NCBI GenBank assembly: GCA_965649825.1
Contig: OZ287699.1
Location: 1,394,477-1,458,476 of the forward strand
Direction of reading: 5' to 3'
DNA from: Penicillus capitatus
Taxonomy: Eukaryota > Plantae > Chlorophyta
Length of the DNA stretch: 64,000 nt
Position numbers and translations under genes: made by a program. A model generated the notes under the pieces. That model saw only the letters and a list, made by a program, of their open reading frames with translations. It did no database searches and was not told the origin of the DNA. Of the stretch, positions 1 to 11,513 are shown in pieces; position 1 is the first letter of the stretch, and every line of letters begins with the position of its first letter.

Positions 1-1304
1 ATAACAAAGACCCAGGTGTTGGTCCGCCGCGGTGAATGACGCCATCCGACAAACTAGAGAACAAGACTGAATCTCCCGTCGCCGCATCTGCATTGATCAT
101 CTGAGCCAAGTGCATCAAGTCCTGACTCAAACTGGCAGATGTCGAGTGATGATGCATGCCTTGCTGAAAAGCCCCGGCAGAAAGACTTTGACGTGGACTG
201 ATGTAGTCACTGAAACTGCGGGGCGTTTGTGAAAGCTGCTGAGCATGTAGTCCATGAAAATATGTCAAGAGTTGTTCAGAGCCGCCAATTGGCTCCGCCG
301 CCATGCGAGTAAATGGATCAAATGGTGTATGTGTCGTCGTTGCTGACCATGGTGTCGTTGGGGTCAGTGATCCAAGCGGAGAGACATCGCCAAATGGCGT
401 CGTAGGAGTTGCGGATGTTGTGTTCGTCAACGCACTTAGTGCCGCCTGCAGCTCTGCAAAGTTGTTTGCAGAGTAGCGATTTTCGTCTGGTTGACGCGGG
501 GTCCCCATCGAGTTGGAAAAGGCAGCGAGCCGTTGACGAGGAGAAGGAACTGGGCCACCACCATTTTGCAAAGACGAGAGAGCTGCAAGGGCAGCTGGAT
601 CTCCATAGCTTGATGTGTGGCTGAGTGTCGCGGACTGCGTTCTCGGTCGTGTTGGCCAAGGGGAGGCGGGTATTGGATATCCTCGATCGCAAGATTCCGA
701 AGCCGATAGGACGCTCTCTAGTCTGTGCTTGTTTCGGGCAGTTGTGGCAGAATCGATGAAAGGGCCCTGTTTGGTGAACACGACAGGTGGGGCCGTGCGA
801 ATCTCTTCAGGGCGATGCGCAAAGAAGCAGATCTTTCTGCTGCATCCAGGTCCTTGTTTGCAGTACTCTGTCTTGTACCTGCACCAAAAACACGTGTCGG
901 CAGGAGGGACTCAAAAATGAATGGGCAACACCTGGCAGGATGCAGCCAATATTCAAAGTCGTTATGAGCGTATTTACACGAATCTCCACGTGGACAAGGA
1001 TTTCCCTAAACGGCGACGACATTAGAACGATGGAAGTTAGGTAGATGCGGACGGACTCCTTTGCTCTCTGGACAGGGAATCGGTTTGTATAGATGCGGTT
1101 GTCTCCGTCGCGCGCTTTCTCCTGAATGCGCGTAGGGGCAACTTGTCCAGTCGTGTGCGTACTTTGTCGGGCAGGTCGTTATCTACACATCATTCATGGC
1201 GGTAGTTGCAGCTCGGGTTTAAAATAGGGGAAGCGGACCTTGTATATGTACATATAAAAATTCTCTACGTCTGCTGCGCTTTTTTGCGAAGAGTTTTCCC
1301 GCAT
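1..1304 (-). CDS. Plant-type tandem CCCH zinc-finger protein (RR-TZF family); 3' end runs off the window
   Basis: Manual splicing over three GT-AG introns gives MRENSSQ...[34 protein letters not shown] (CHCH + RR motif), [20 protein letters not shown] (C-x8-C-x5-C-x3-H) and [28 protein letters not shown] (C-x5-C-x4-C-x3-H). The frame stays open to position 1. Confidence 0.9.
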
Positions 1305-2019
1305 TTTGCCACGGAGAGATTCTTGCCAATAAAATGCCTTTCAACGCTGAGCACTCGTCAAGAGGACGTAAAGGGCAGAAAAATTAAGCCCGCAATACGC
1401 TAACAAGAGAGCCTGTTCGAAGGTAAAGCAAGATGAGGAGACAAAACAATAAATGGCGGGCGTGCGCAAGAAGCTGGTCGTCACCGCGAACTATGAAGTT
1501 CTGTTTAAATCATAACATTTTCGCCCACATGCGCTATGACGTCAGCCTTGCCTCACTGGCAGTTGTACTCCAACAATCGGTACGGTTGTTAATGGGCATT
1601 GGGGAGGAGACCTTGGACTCCTAGCATCCCAACAACAGGTTTGATGGTTGGCGATGGGGACTTTGGACTTCAGGCATACCAACAACAGGATCGGTCGTTC
1701 GCGTGGGAGGCATTTTGGACACAAGCATATGAGACCTTTAAATGAGAGATGTCAACAGATGATCAAGAAAATCATCAACACACAAGCTTATAGCAAATTA
1801 AACTTGCATTCGTCGCTTGTAATAAGGAAGCACAGTTCAGTCAGTGTTGTTTCCGTTGCAAAAAGGGGCAGCTAGTAGAGATTAAAGAGAACAATGATTC
1901 CTATCTCCTGCTTGAACGGTTAGTATGATAGTCACAGTGAAAACCACCCATGATCCACAACGTTGTTCGCAATGTTTCGTTTGACTTTCTCTGCATAGAT
2001 GCTAGATATGTTCAAAAAC

Positions 2020-4304
2020 TTAGCGATAAAGAGATTTGCACTCAGGAACTTCTTTCTTGGTGCAGGACTTCTCTCCAGCGACCTTCTTGCAGACCTGCTT
2101 CTGTTCGCACTTCTCCCCTGCTTTGCAGTAGACAGATCCGCATGCGACTGGCTTAGCATCGTCGCATTTCTGTTGTTTCACGTATTTGCATTCCGGCTTC
2201 TTGTCGACGCACTTCTGCTGCTTCACGATCTTGCATTCCTTGACACTCACAATCGTGCAGACAGGCTTCTCAACTTCGTGGCAGACAGGCTTCTCGACAG
2301 GTTTGCACACTTTCTCCTTGTTCTTTTCGCATTTGTCGACATAGACCGTCACGCACTTCTTCTCTTCTTTCTCGGTGCAGTCTTTGACATACTCTGTCTT
2401 GCACTCTTTCTTGTATACGGTATCACACTTATCGACGTATGTCTTTTCACAGACCTTCTTGTCGACGTACACGCACACATCTTCGTACTGAGGGACGCAT
2501 TCTTTCTTGTCGACGTAGGTGCAGTGTGGCTTGCTCTCGTATCTGCATTCTTCTTTTTGCACGGTCACACAAACGTTATCCTTGTAGGGAGTGCAGTGCT
2601 CTTTGTCGACGTAGTCACATTTTTCCACGTAGATGTCTTTGCAGACCTGCTTGTCGACGTAGTCACATTTTGGCTTGCTGATGTACTCGCATTTGTCGAC
2701 GTAAATCGTCTCACACTTCGGCTTCTTGACGTCTTCGCATTTGGGCACCTTCACCTTCTCACACTTTTTCTCGACTGGAGGGCAATACTCGTCGTCGACG
2801 TAGGTGCACTTGGGCGTGGAGACGGTCTTGCACTTCGGCACCGTCTTGTATTCACACTTATCCTTGTACACGGTCTCGCACTTCTGCTCGTCCTTGTAGT
2901 CGCATTTGTCGACGTACACCGTCGTGCATTTCTTCTCCTTGACGTCGTAGCACTCCTTTGTGGTGACTGGTTTGCATTCTTTGACGTCTTTGTACTCGCA
3001 CTTCTTCTCTTCCTTGTTCTTGAAGTCGAAGAAGCCGTTGAGGCGACGGCGACCTCCTCCACTGCAGACCTCTTTCTTCACGTAAGCACAGACTTCCTTG
3101 GTAACGTCCTTGCAGACGTTTCTAGGAACGTCTTCGCATTTCTGCTGAGCGACTTTCTCGCAGATCGGCTTCTTGACGTAGTCGCATTTCTGCTCAGGCA
3201 CCTTTTCGCAGACGTGCTCCTTGACATCCTCGCATTTCTCTTCGCTGACCATCTTGCACTCCTTTCGGGGCTTCTTTACGCAGGGAGGCTTGTAGTCTTT
3301 GCAGACGTCTTTGTATTCATCGGTGCAGACCTTTTCATAGTCGTCCACACATTTCTGTTCAGGGACCTTTTTGCAGACCTTCTCCTTCTCGTAATCACAC
3401 TTCTTCTCCTTAACGATTTCGCATTTTTTCTCGGGCACTTTTTTGCAAACCTTCTCCTTCTTGTTCTCGCACTTTTGCTTCGTGACTACTTTGCACTCCT
3501 CGCGAGGGACAGTCTTGCAGACTTTCTCTTTTTTGGATACGCACTCTTTACGAGGCTTCATCTCACACTTATCGTCGACTTTCTTCTTCTTGCAGACCTT
3601 CTCAGGTACGTTCTTGCATTCGTCCTTGGGGACCTTTATGCATTTCTGCTCAGGAACGTCGTGGCACTTCTCCACTGGTTTGTCCGTGCAGACAGGCTTC
3701 TTCACGTAGTCGCACTTTTCCTCAGGCACCTTTTTGCAGACGTCCTTGTCGGCGTAATAGCAGTCTTCGGTTTTCTTGGTCTCGCATTTCTGCTCCTTCA
3801 CGGTTTTGCACTCTTTGCGTGGGACGTATTTGCACTCGTTGACGTCGACTGTCTTGCAATCCTTGACAGGGTCAGGGCAGACCTTCACGTCAACTTCGTA
3901 GCAATGTTTTCCATATCCATCGCCGGCGACGCACAGCGGAACGGTTTCACAATGATCTTTCGTTTCGCCTGGAACGCAAATGTCTTTCCAAACGGCGGCG
4001 CAGACATGGCCATGAGGACATTTCCCACAACCTGAAAAGACGGTTAGCCGACTCCATGCTGTGTGCATTGGAACTTACCCGTGGCTTGTTTGAAGTCCAC
4101 GATTTTGGTTTTATCCCCGAACGCGGTCGCTGAGGATGCCTAAACAACACAGCATTGGTCAACAGGAATGGCTTCACGGTCGTTTCCGAATTTCAAGAAA
4201 TAGAAAGAGCGCATGGAAAAAGGCCGCCTACGCGGGTCCGGCGTTCGAAGGCTTACCGCGAGGAGGACGAGCACTCCCAGAAACAGGTTGCGCTGAATCT
4301 TCAT
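2020..4304 (-). CDS. Secreted Cys/Lys-rich octapeptide-repeat protein, copy 1 (3 coding exons)
   Basis: ATG at 4304 gives signal-like MKIQRNLFLGVLVLLA, then two GT-AG introns and a ~670-aa exon with Cys every 8 residues (CKTVPREE CKVVTKQK ...). TAA at 2020-2022. Confidence 0.9.
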
Positions 4305-4842
4305 ATTTTCACCTACACCCACACCATCATGTTATCCGTCGCGTTGACCAGAAGACGGCGCGAGGGTCAGTCAATACCCTATCGACGTGTTTTTCGACGT
4401 CGCGGTGAAATCTGTCTATGTCTTCGTTTGTGAATCACGGTAGACGAGAAATAAAACAAAACGTTGCGAAAAGCTCGCCCCTCTCCGACGAGTTAGCAAA
4501 ACAGATGTCGCCGGATTCAAACTCGAATCGAAGCAAAACAAACAGCGACGAGCCGTTAAATACCGCTCGCTCGACGGCGACAACAACGAGTCCGAGTGCT
4601 GTGCATGTGCCCGAATCGACAGATGGCGACGCGGACAACCCTCGAAGTCGCATCGCCAGACCGTTCGTAACACTGCCCCGTGAAGTGCGACGCGTTTGAA
4701 CAACGCGTTTGAGATGTCTTACCGTGGTCGATGAATCGGACCTCCTCGGCAAAAGACGGATACGGTAACAATCGCTTCACAAAGAGAAAATGATGTTCGC
4801 TGTTCAAAACAGACAAAACTGGATAATGGCGTCGCGCGCGGG

Positions 4843-4850
4843 TTTATATA
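4843..4850 (-). promoter_or_regulatory. Probable TATA box (TATATAAA) for Cys/Lys repeat gene copy 1
   Basis: TATATAAA on the minus strand, upstream of a CG|GTAAG donor (4722) and a TGTAG acceptor (4313) lying 8 nt before the ATG. Confidence 0.5.
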
Positions 4851-5653
4851 GGAGATTTTCAATCCGCCAGCGCGAAGCTCCTTAGTGCGAAGTTCCTGTT
4901 TCCTGTGAGTTCCCACACGTTTTCCTTAGGAGTGGATGACTCATATCATTGACTTCGCAGTGAAACAGGTTATGACGAGAAGCGATGCGCGAACATGGAT
5001 GCGCTTGCGTCAGGTTGACGTGACGTTCAACATGCTCACCTGTCTTTTCATCTGCCTCCAGCCCGCGGCTGTCTTTATTCCAAGGCAACGTTGTCCTTCC
5101 TTTAAGAAATGGGTCGCTTATCCACTTTTCTTGTCCAGCGTCACTGGGATATCTTCAAAGTCGTTTTTCCGTCCTCTATCGGCTTTGGATTCCTCTACAC
5201 GATGCAGTACGGCACCTCTCCATTGACCGACGCGAAGAACTATCTCTCTGGTACGGATGTCGCGCCGAGACAAAATGTTTGGAGTGAGGAGCACCGTATG
5301 TCTGCAGGGTCGACTTCTCCAACGGATGTGTTGACGGTGCGTTTCTCTTCGAGCAGCCTCGGCGGCTCACGTTGACTTGACACGAGTCTACCCGTCGACC
5401 AAAAATCCACGTAGAATCCGTGCCAGGGAGAGTGTATTTTGAGCAAGTCGTCGCTGTGGGGAGTGCAATGCAACGCGTTGTGACCGACCTGAGTGTCTAG
5501 CTGTTTTTTCTATGGCATCCCTTTTTTCTGCTGTAAGCAGTTGTATAGACTCTTGGAAGTCAAACATGGGATGTCTGAGAACCCCTTTGTCTTTTCATGA
5601 TCCGTCTGAGAGGCTCGTGCGACGATGTGTGGCGTCAAGACACCGAGCATTAT

Positions 5654-5677
5654 CGTTCGTTCGTTCGTTCGTTCGTT
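5654..5677. repeat. (CGTT)6 microsatellite upstream of RPL34
   Basis: Six perfect tandem CGTT units read directly. Confidence 0.9.
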
Positions 5678-5707
5678 CGCGTTACATTCGCCGCCGAAGA
5701 TCGAAGA

Positions 5708-6227
5708 ATGGTTCAGCGCGTTACCTATCGACGGAGGCACCCTTACAAGACGCGATCGAATCGCGTTAAGATCATACGTCTCCCAGGTCGCCGATTCAAA
5801 TCGATGAGGGCGTTTCATACGTCCTCGATTGCCAGGTGGAAAGTTGGCTGTTCATTACTTGCGCAAAAAAGCAAAGAATGCTCACTGTCGTATTTCTGGA
5901 GCCCGTCTCCATGGACTGAAAGCCCTGAGGCCTGCAGAAATGCATCGGGCAAAAACGAAAGGCAAGTGGAAGACACCCAAACGGAAGTATGGTGGCAATC
6001 TATCCCACACCGTCGTTAAAGAAAGGTTTCCTACACACTGCCCTCTCATGGACACATCTCTTGTTTGTCATCATCTAGAATCGTCCGTGCTTTTCTCTTA
6101 GAAGAGAGCAAGATCGTCAGAAGAGTGCGTTCTAAATCTTAAATAATGTGTGATGATGAACGTCCATTGTTTTCGCTTCTAGGTTCTCAAATTGCAAAGA
6201 GCAAAGGAGAAGAAATCCGCAAGATGA
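5708..6227 (+). CDS. RPL34: 60S ribosomal protein L34 (4 exons)
   Basis: MVQRVTYRRRHPYKTRSNRVKIIRLPG/GKLAVHYLRKK...YGGNLSHTVVKER/IVRAFLLEESKIVRR/VLKLQRAKEKKSAR*; three GT-AG introns. Confidence 0.97.
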
Positions 6228-6647
6228 GGCGTACCGCTGCTACCTGTGTTTATCTGGGGCGGGCGCTTCCCAAAACTATTGCGCAGATGCTTACAGTGTA
6301 TCTGTGAATGTTTAAGAACTTCAGGAAAGGCGCGTCGCTCTCATGAGAGAAAACAAAAAGTGTCATGCAAGACAGTGCCGCTTCATCTCTTACATTCAGG
6401 CTGGTGCACTGCCGAAGAAATGGGCATCTCAGCGCCATCTAATTACTTAGATGCAAAGCTGAAGGTACAGACACTCATGTTATTTAATTCTAAGAGGCAG
6501 ATTCATTAAACAAGTACAGAGAAGGTAAAAAATGGCGGCAGCTGGACATATTTGATATCATGGAAGAACGACGCTCGAAGAAAAATCACAGAAGTCCATA
6601 AGATGAATACACAACAACAGGAACGAAGAATGTCTGTCATCTTATTT

Positions 6648-9618
6648 TTACGGCAGTGTCATTGTTGGTGCTGTGTCTACGTCGTCGGGTTCTTCGAGGG
6701 TTGGGGCGGCGGTTGGCACCGGGGAATGCGGTGGTGGATGTTCATGTTTGAGCATCGAGTTCAGCTCATCGATGATGTAATCCAACGTCGGTCGCCAGTC
6801 TGGGAAGTCATTCCAGCACATGCAAGCCAATCGAGAATACGCCTAGAAAACAGACAGACAGAGAGATCATTGATGGTGGAGGAGGTGATGTGACGGAGAG
6901 GGTGTACTTGAGGACAGTCATCTGTGAAAACGGGTCTCCACGAACCCATGGTAAGCCGAGAACTGACTTTTGGAGCATCTTTGATCGCATCTTGTATCAA
7001 TTCTCCAGTAAAGAGTTCCCACAACAAAATACCAAAAGAGTAAATGTCAGACGCGGGCAGAATCTTCCCTCGCATTGCCACCTCGGGCGAAACATATCCC
7101 CCAGTTCCCTACAAGCGTCATGATCTCATCAAAAGTGCACGTGTGAGAATGCATAACTGACTGACCATACGCATTCCGTCAACATGTGACTGCTCGCTCT
7201 CCATCTTGATGCTCAGACCGAAATCTGCGATCTTGGCAATGAACCCACGAGAATCGACAAACGGCTTGTTCTGCAGAAGGACGTTGTGTGGTTTGAGATC
7301 TCCGTGGATGATATTGTTTTCATGCAAACAACACAGTCCACGGGCAATGTCGAGTGCGGTCAGAATCACAGCTTCGAAATCAGGTTGTGAAGGATCATCG
7401 GGGCTTCGAAACCATCCGAGTGCGATGGCCGATACGAGAGACCCTCGATCACAGTACTCCATAATGATCCGCACTTCCAGATCGTTTTTGTATTGGGACT
7501 TCATGAAATTCTTGGATGCATTTGTCATGTTAAAACGCTCAATGGACATCCACTTCAGCTTGTTCTGGCTGTCTTCAACCGAAAACTTCTCGGCTTCTTT
7601 CTCAAGATCGCTCGCTTCTCGAATCTCACACGTATACGTCGACACAATGTTAGGGTGTGCTAAGCAACCTGCACGACACGTTGGGATAGATACATGGTAG
7701 AGGGGAGTGGCTACCTGACAGTGCGGCCTCCATAATGGCCATACGTGCTTGCTTCTCCTCTTGTCTGAGATTGGCATGCAGGGGGACCACTTTGAGGGCA
7801 ACGGGTGTTCCTTGCCATCTCGCTTTCCACACCTTGCCAAATCCGCCTTTACCTGAATCCATCAGCAAGACATTCGCATCAGGGCAATTCGGAAAGGGGA
7901 TGGGTAAACAGACCCAGACGTTCTTCGATTTCGAGGACGCGGTTTTTCCTTCCGACTTTTGACGTCCAGAAAGACCGGTGCAGATGTTTCGATAGATCAA
8001 TGAGCTGCTCGCCAAATCCGTCACGCGTGGCCGTAACATCACGCTTAGCAGGCGGTTCTCTGGTTTGTTTAAGTGTGCCATCAAAAGTGCAACTGAAATT
8101 GATGCTCTCTGTCGGCAGAGACCTATCAGTGCAGTGCGGGTGCATTCCTTGATGAGGAGGAGGCGGTGGCGCCTAGACACCACACATGCATTCCAACGAA
8201 ACCAACAAGAGAGCAAGCAGCTCACTCTTGGCGTATTTTGTGCAGCAGAATCGGAAGGGTAAAAATGTTTGTAGATGAACGGGAAGTTGTCTTCTATGTA
8301 ATCTGCAATGAAATCTTGAACTTCTCCGTTTCGATAGAGAAAAACTCCGATAATGACCACAATAATCAGGAATCCACCAATGATTGTTGCCGGAAGCCAG
8401 TGAACAAGTTTAACACTGCCTTGGTCATTCTGCTCACTCTTTATCTCGGCTGCCTCATCGTTATTCTTCGGAATCCCTCTATCCCCGACAAGGCGCTCTA
8501 CAAACTCTGGGTCATGTGTCAGGTCGCCATAACCTGTCAACTTGATCTTCGAGATCTGTAAAGAATCTGCTTCTCTGCCTTCGATGACGAGATCGACATA
8601 AGTCGGAAGACAGTCGAGGATTTCTGTGAAATTGATTTTCACTTTGTAACGTCTCCAGCAGTTAGACTGGTAAGAGTCGTCCTTGAGCTCTGGCTGAAGA
8701 TGTTCCGGTTTGCATTGGGGTTCGACGTATGGCGTGATCCCAAACACGGAATTGTTATGCTCACATTGATACAGTGTCACGTCGATCGCAGCGATACCGC
8801 GAGGCATCGAATACGTGATGATCCCCTTGTTCGGTGAGCGACGGCGAAATCGATGATCATCACCGTTGAAATTGGCGACGGCATTGGCCGACTCCAGCAT
8901 GATGTTTTCGCTTGCCATAAAAACCATTGTGAAATCTCGAGCTGAGTCATCGAATTCATTGGACTTGGCATCGGACACTGCAGCAATGCAATCATCGGAG
9001 CTTATCATGCTCAGACATTCAGGAATGACACAGGACTCGAGAACACTTTCTTCCAGAACAACACGACCGACCTGCAACCCCCAACCCGGAAATGCATTTT
9101 GCGAAGCGTTTCCTCGAAACCAAAGTTCTAAAACCTGCAACAGATCGTTCATGACGCATCGTTCAACGATTTTGCCTTGCCTTGGGACAATCACGGATCT
9201 CATGAGTCAGTTCGACTTCGAATCTGATAAAACGCGTTGTCGTGTTGGGTGTGTTCTCCCACTCTTTCGAATACTCTTCGAGATTGGAGGGCTCCAGAAC
9301 GAAGGCTTGGGCTAATTGAGTGTCCGTCGTGTCGCCTGTTAGGATTTCTAATCGCCACTCGATTCCCAAGTAAGCATATCCAGAAATAGTGGCGTGTGAG
9401 AAGCCCGTTTCTGAGACGTACCGAACGAATCCGTCGTCCGTCACATTTCGCCGAAATCTGAATGCGTCAGCGATGGGTTCTACAATACTGAAATCCAGTG
9501 TCAGATTTTCCGTGTGTTTGCGCAAGCCCTCCGGCATGAGAGAATCGCACTCGTCCACATAACAGCGAACAGCGGGAGTGGTTAAAAACAAAGATGCCAG
9601 AAGCAAAAGATAAAACAT
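6648..9618 (-). CDS. Single-pass receptor-like protein kinase (TKL/MAP3K-like chlorophyte type) with tandem extracellular domains
   Basis: Signal peptide MFYLLLLASLFLTTPAVRC; TM WLPATIIGGFLIIVVIIGVFLY; kinase motifs GKGGFG, VALK, HPNIV, HGDLKPHNVLL, DFG, GTGGYVSPE, SDIYSFGILLWE. The first intron is GC-AG (9135-9180). Confidence 0.9.
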
Positions 9619-10105
9619 GATGGCCGGAATCGGAATCCTTTAAACGCAGAGACTCCCGTGTTGCCAACGGTTTTGCCAAACGACGCGTTGCGGACGAACC
9701 GAGCTAGAAGCACAAAGGAAGAGGTATCATTTAGAGGGTTAATGATATCTATACCTCGCTAACCGTACATACCCCATCAATGTGTACGATCGCACTCCAT
9801 TTCTACGGTTCAAAATACGCTGGCCTCGTTTGGAGTACCATACCATTTGTTTGTGCATAGAATTCCTGCCCGAAGCTACATTCGCCATCGTATTCGTTCC
9901 CTTTCGCTCGCCGCTATCGAAGCTGAGTGGTTCAGGCGCCGTCAGGTGTCCTTCCGTCGACAGTCGTGACGTTCGTTCGGGGAATGGGTTGAAGGAAGCA
10001 TCAAGCGCGCTTCGTTTCGCTGTCGACAACTCTTTCCTTTCTGCCTACAACCTAAGTCTCATTGACAAAGACCCCTTCAAACAAACGTACTGTCTTGCGA
10101 GAGAA

Positions 10106-11389
10106 ATGCCGGAAGAAGATAAAGAACCGACTGACGATCCACCACGACCACCCCCAAAACCTGTTAAACAGTCATCTAAGCACGTGCGCGTCGGACCTGT
10201 CGAATTGGAAGACCCCACTGTCGTCGAATGGGATCCCGAAGAACGTTTCCATCGTTACGCAGAAGAATTGGCAACGGGACGATATAAGACTGTCTATCGA
10301 GCCTATGACACAGAGAATGGTATCGATGTAGCCTGGTGCAAAGTACGAACGGCAGAGGGCGATCCATCGCCCAATGATGCATTGACTCAAATCTATAAGG
10401 AAATGAAAAAAGGACTGACTCTAGACCATCCAAGCATTGTCCGATGCTTTGCCTGTTGGTTCGATCGCAACAAGGGCTGCATCAATCTCATCACAGAGCT
10501 CTTTACTTCTGGAACATTGCGTGCCTATCGTCAGGCTTACAGCAATGTGGATCTGAATGTGTATCGTAAGTATGTGCGTCAGCTCCTACAAGGATTGGAG
10601 TATCTGCACGCCCAGACGCCGCCAATTGTTCATGCCGATTTGAAGTTGGACAAGATCTATGTCAATGGCTTCAATGCGGAAGTGAAGATTGGTGATTTGG
10701 GATTGACAACGCTGATAACCAAGCACTACGACTCTTCGAAGCCACCCGTCGTGGACTCTCCCAAGGAAGATATGCTTGCATTGGGCTTATGTGTTTATGA
10801 ACTGCTGACTGGAATTCCACCGGATCGTACCAACGCTCCCAGTTCCTTTCGTGAGAATTTGCCTCTGTCGAAGATCATGGACAAAGATGCTCGAGATTTC
10901 ATTATTCAATGCTTGGATACGGACAATCCCCTTACTGCTCATGCTCTCTTGGAACACCAATTTCTCAAATCTCAAACGACAGAATTCAAAGTGAAGAATG
11001 GAGGTGAATGGGATCTTAAACGGGTAGAATCGAGGAACCAAAGTATCGAAACCAAACTGAGGGGTGAAGACTGGAACTTTGCATTCCAGGTCTGTTCCGT
11101 CTACATGGCGGCTTGCGTTCTGAGATTCTCTGCCTAGGGCTATGAATCTGACGACGATGAGACATCGCTGCACATTCGGTTAACCATGTCGAACGAGACC
11201 GAGACGGAACACGTCACGATTCTGGATTTCGACTACAATTTAGAAACAGACACACCAGACAGCGTGGGATGCGATATAGCGGATTCCTTTCAGTTAAGCA
11301 GCACAGATCGAGAACTGTGTACGGCTGCGCTGAAAGAATGGCTCGCAGTGATGTCTGCATCCAAAAGAGACGGATCACCCCCACCCTAG
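10106..11389 (+). CDS. WNK-like kinase, probable pseudokinase (2 exons)
   Basis: LATGRYKTVYRAYD, GIDVAWC, ITELFTSGTLR and EVKIGDLGL are WNK hallmarks. Exon 2 encodes a WNK CCT-like segment (LDFDYNLETDTPDSV). Start placed at MPEEDKE (10106) rather than the GTG start of the track ORF. Confidence 0.85.
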
Positions 11390-11513
11390 CCTAGGCTAAA
11401 AAGCAAGCCCGCTGGGACACTGGAGAGTTTCATATGCGTTCTAGAAAGTGATTGATGGACACACGTTTACTCTTCATTCATTTTAAATCTGTTGTATCCG
11501 TGAGCGCCATCAG

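Noticed and set aside
2300-3000. Periodic GTCGAC-containing repeats resembling a CRISPR or satellite array
   Set aside because: They are Val-Asp codons of the 24/48-nt protein repeat. There is no constant repeat with unique spacers, and the context is eukaryotic.
1999-4035. 678-aa hydrophobic antisense ORF
   Set aside because: It is codon-aligned with the Cys/Lys gene. Antisense stops require sense TTA, CTA or TCA (Leu/Ser), which this protein almost lacks, so the open frame is an expected shadow.
4936-5480. Possible small spliced plus-strand gene upstream of RPL34
   Set aside because: Intron-like signals exist but no single frame or homology could be established; unresolved.
9782-10105. 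N-terminal extension of the WNK-like ORF
   Set aside because: It begins at GTG, has no homology signal and lies in the divergent promoter region. The first ATG is at 10106.
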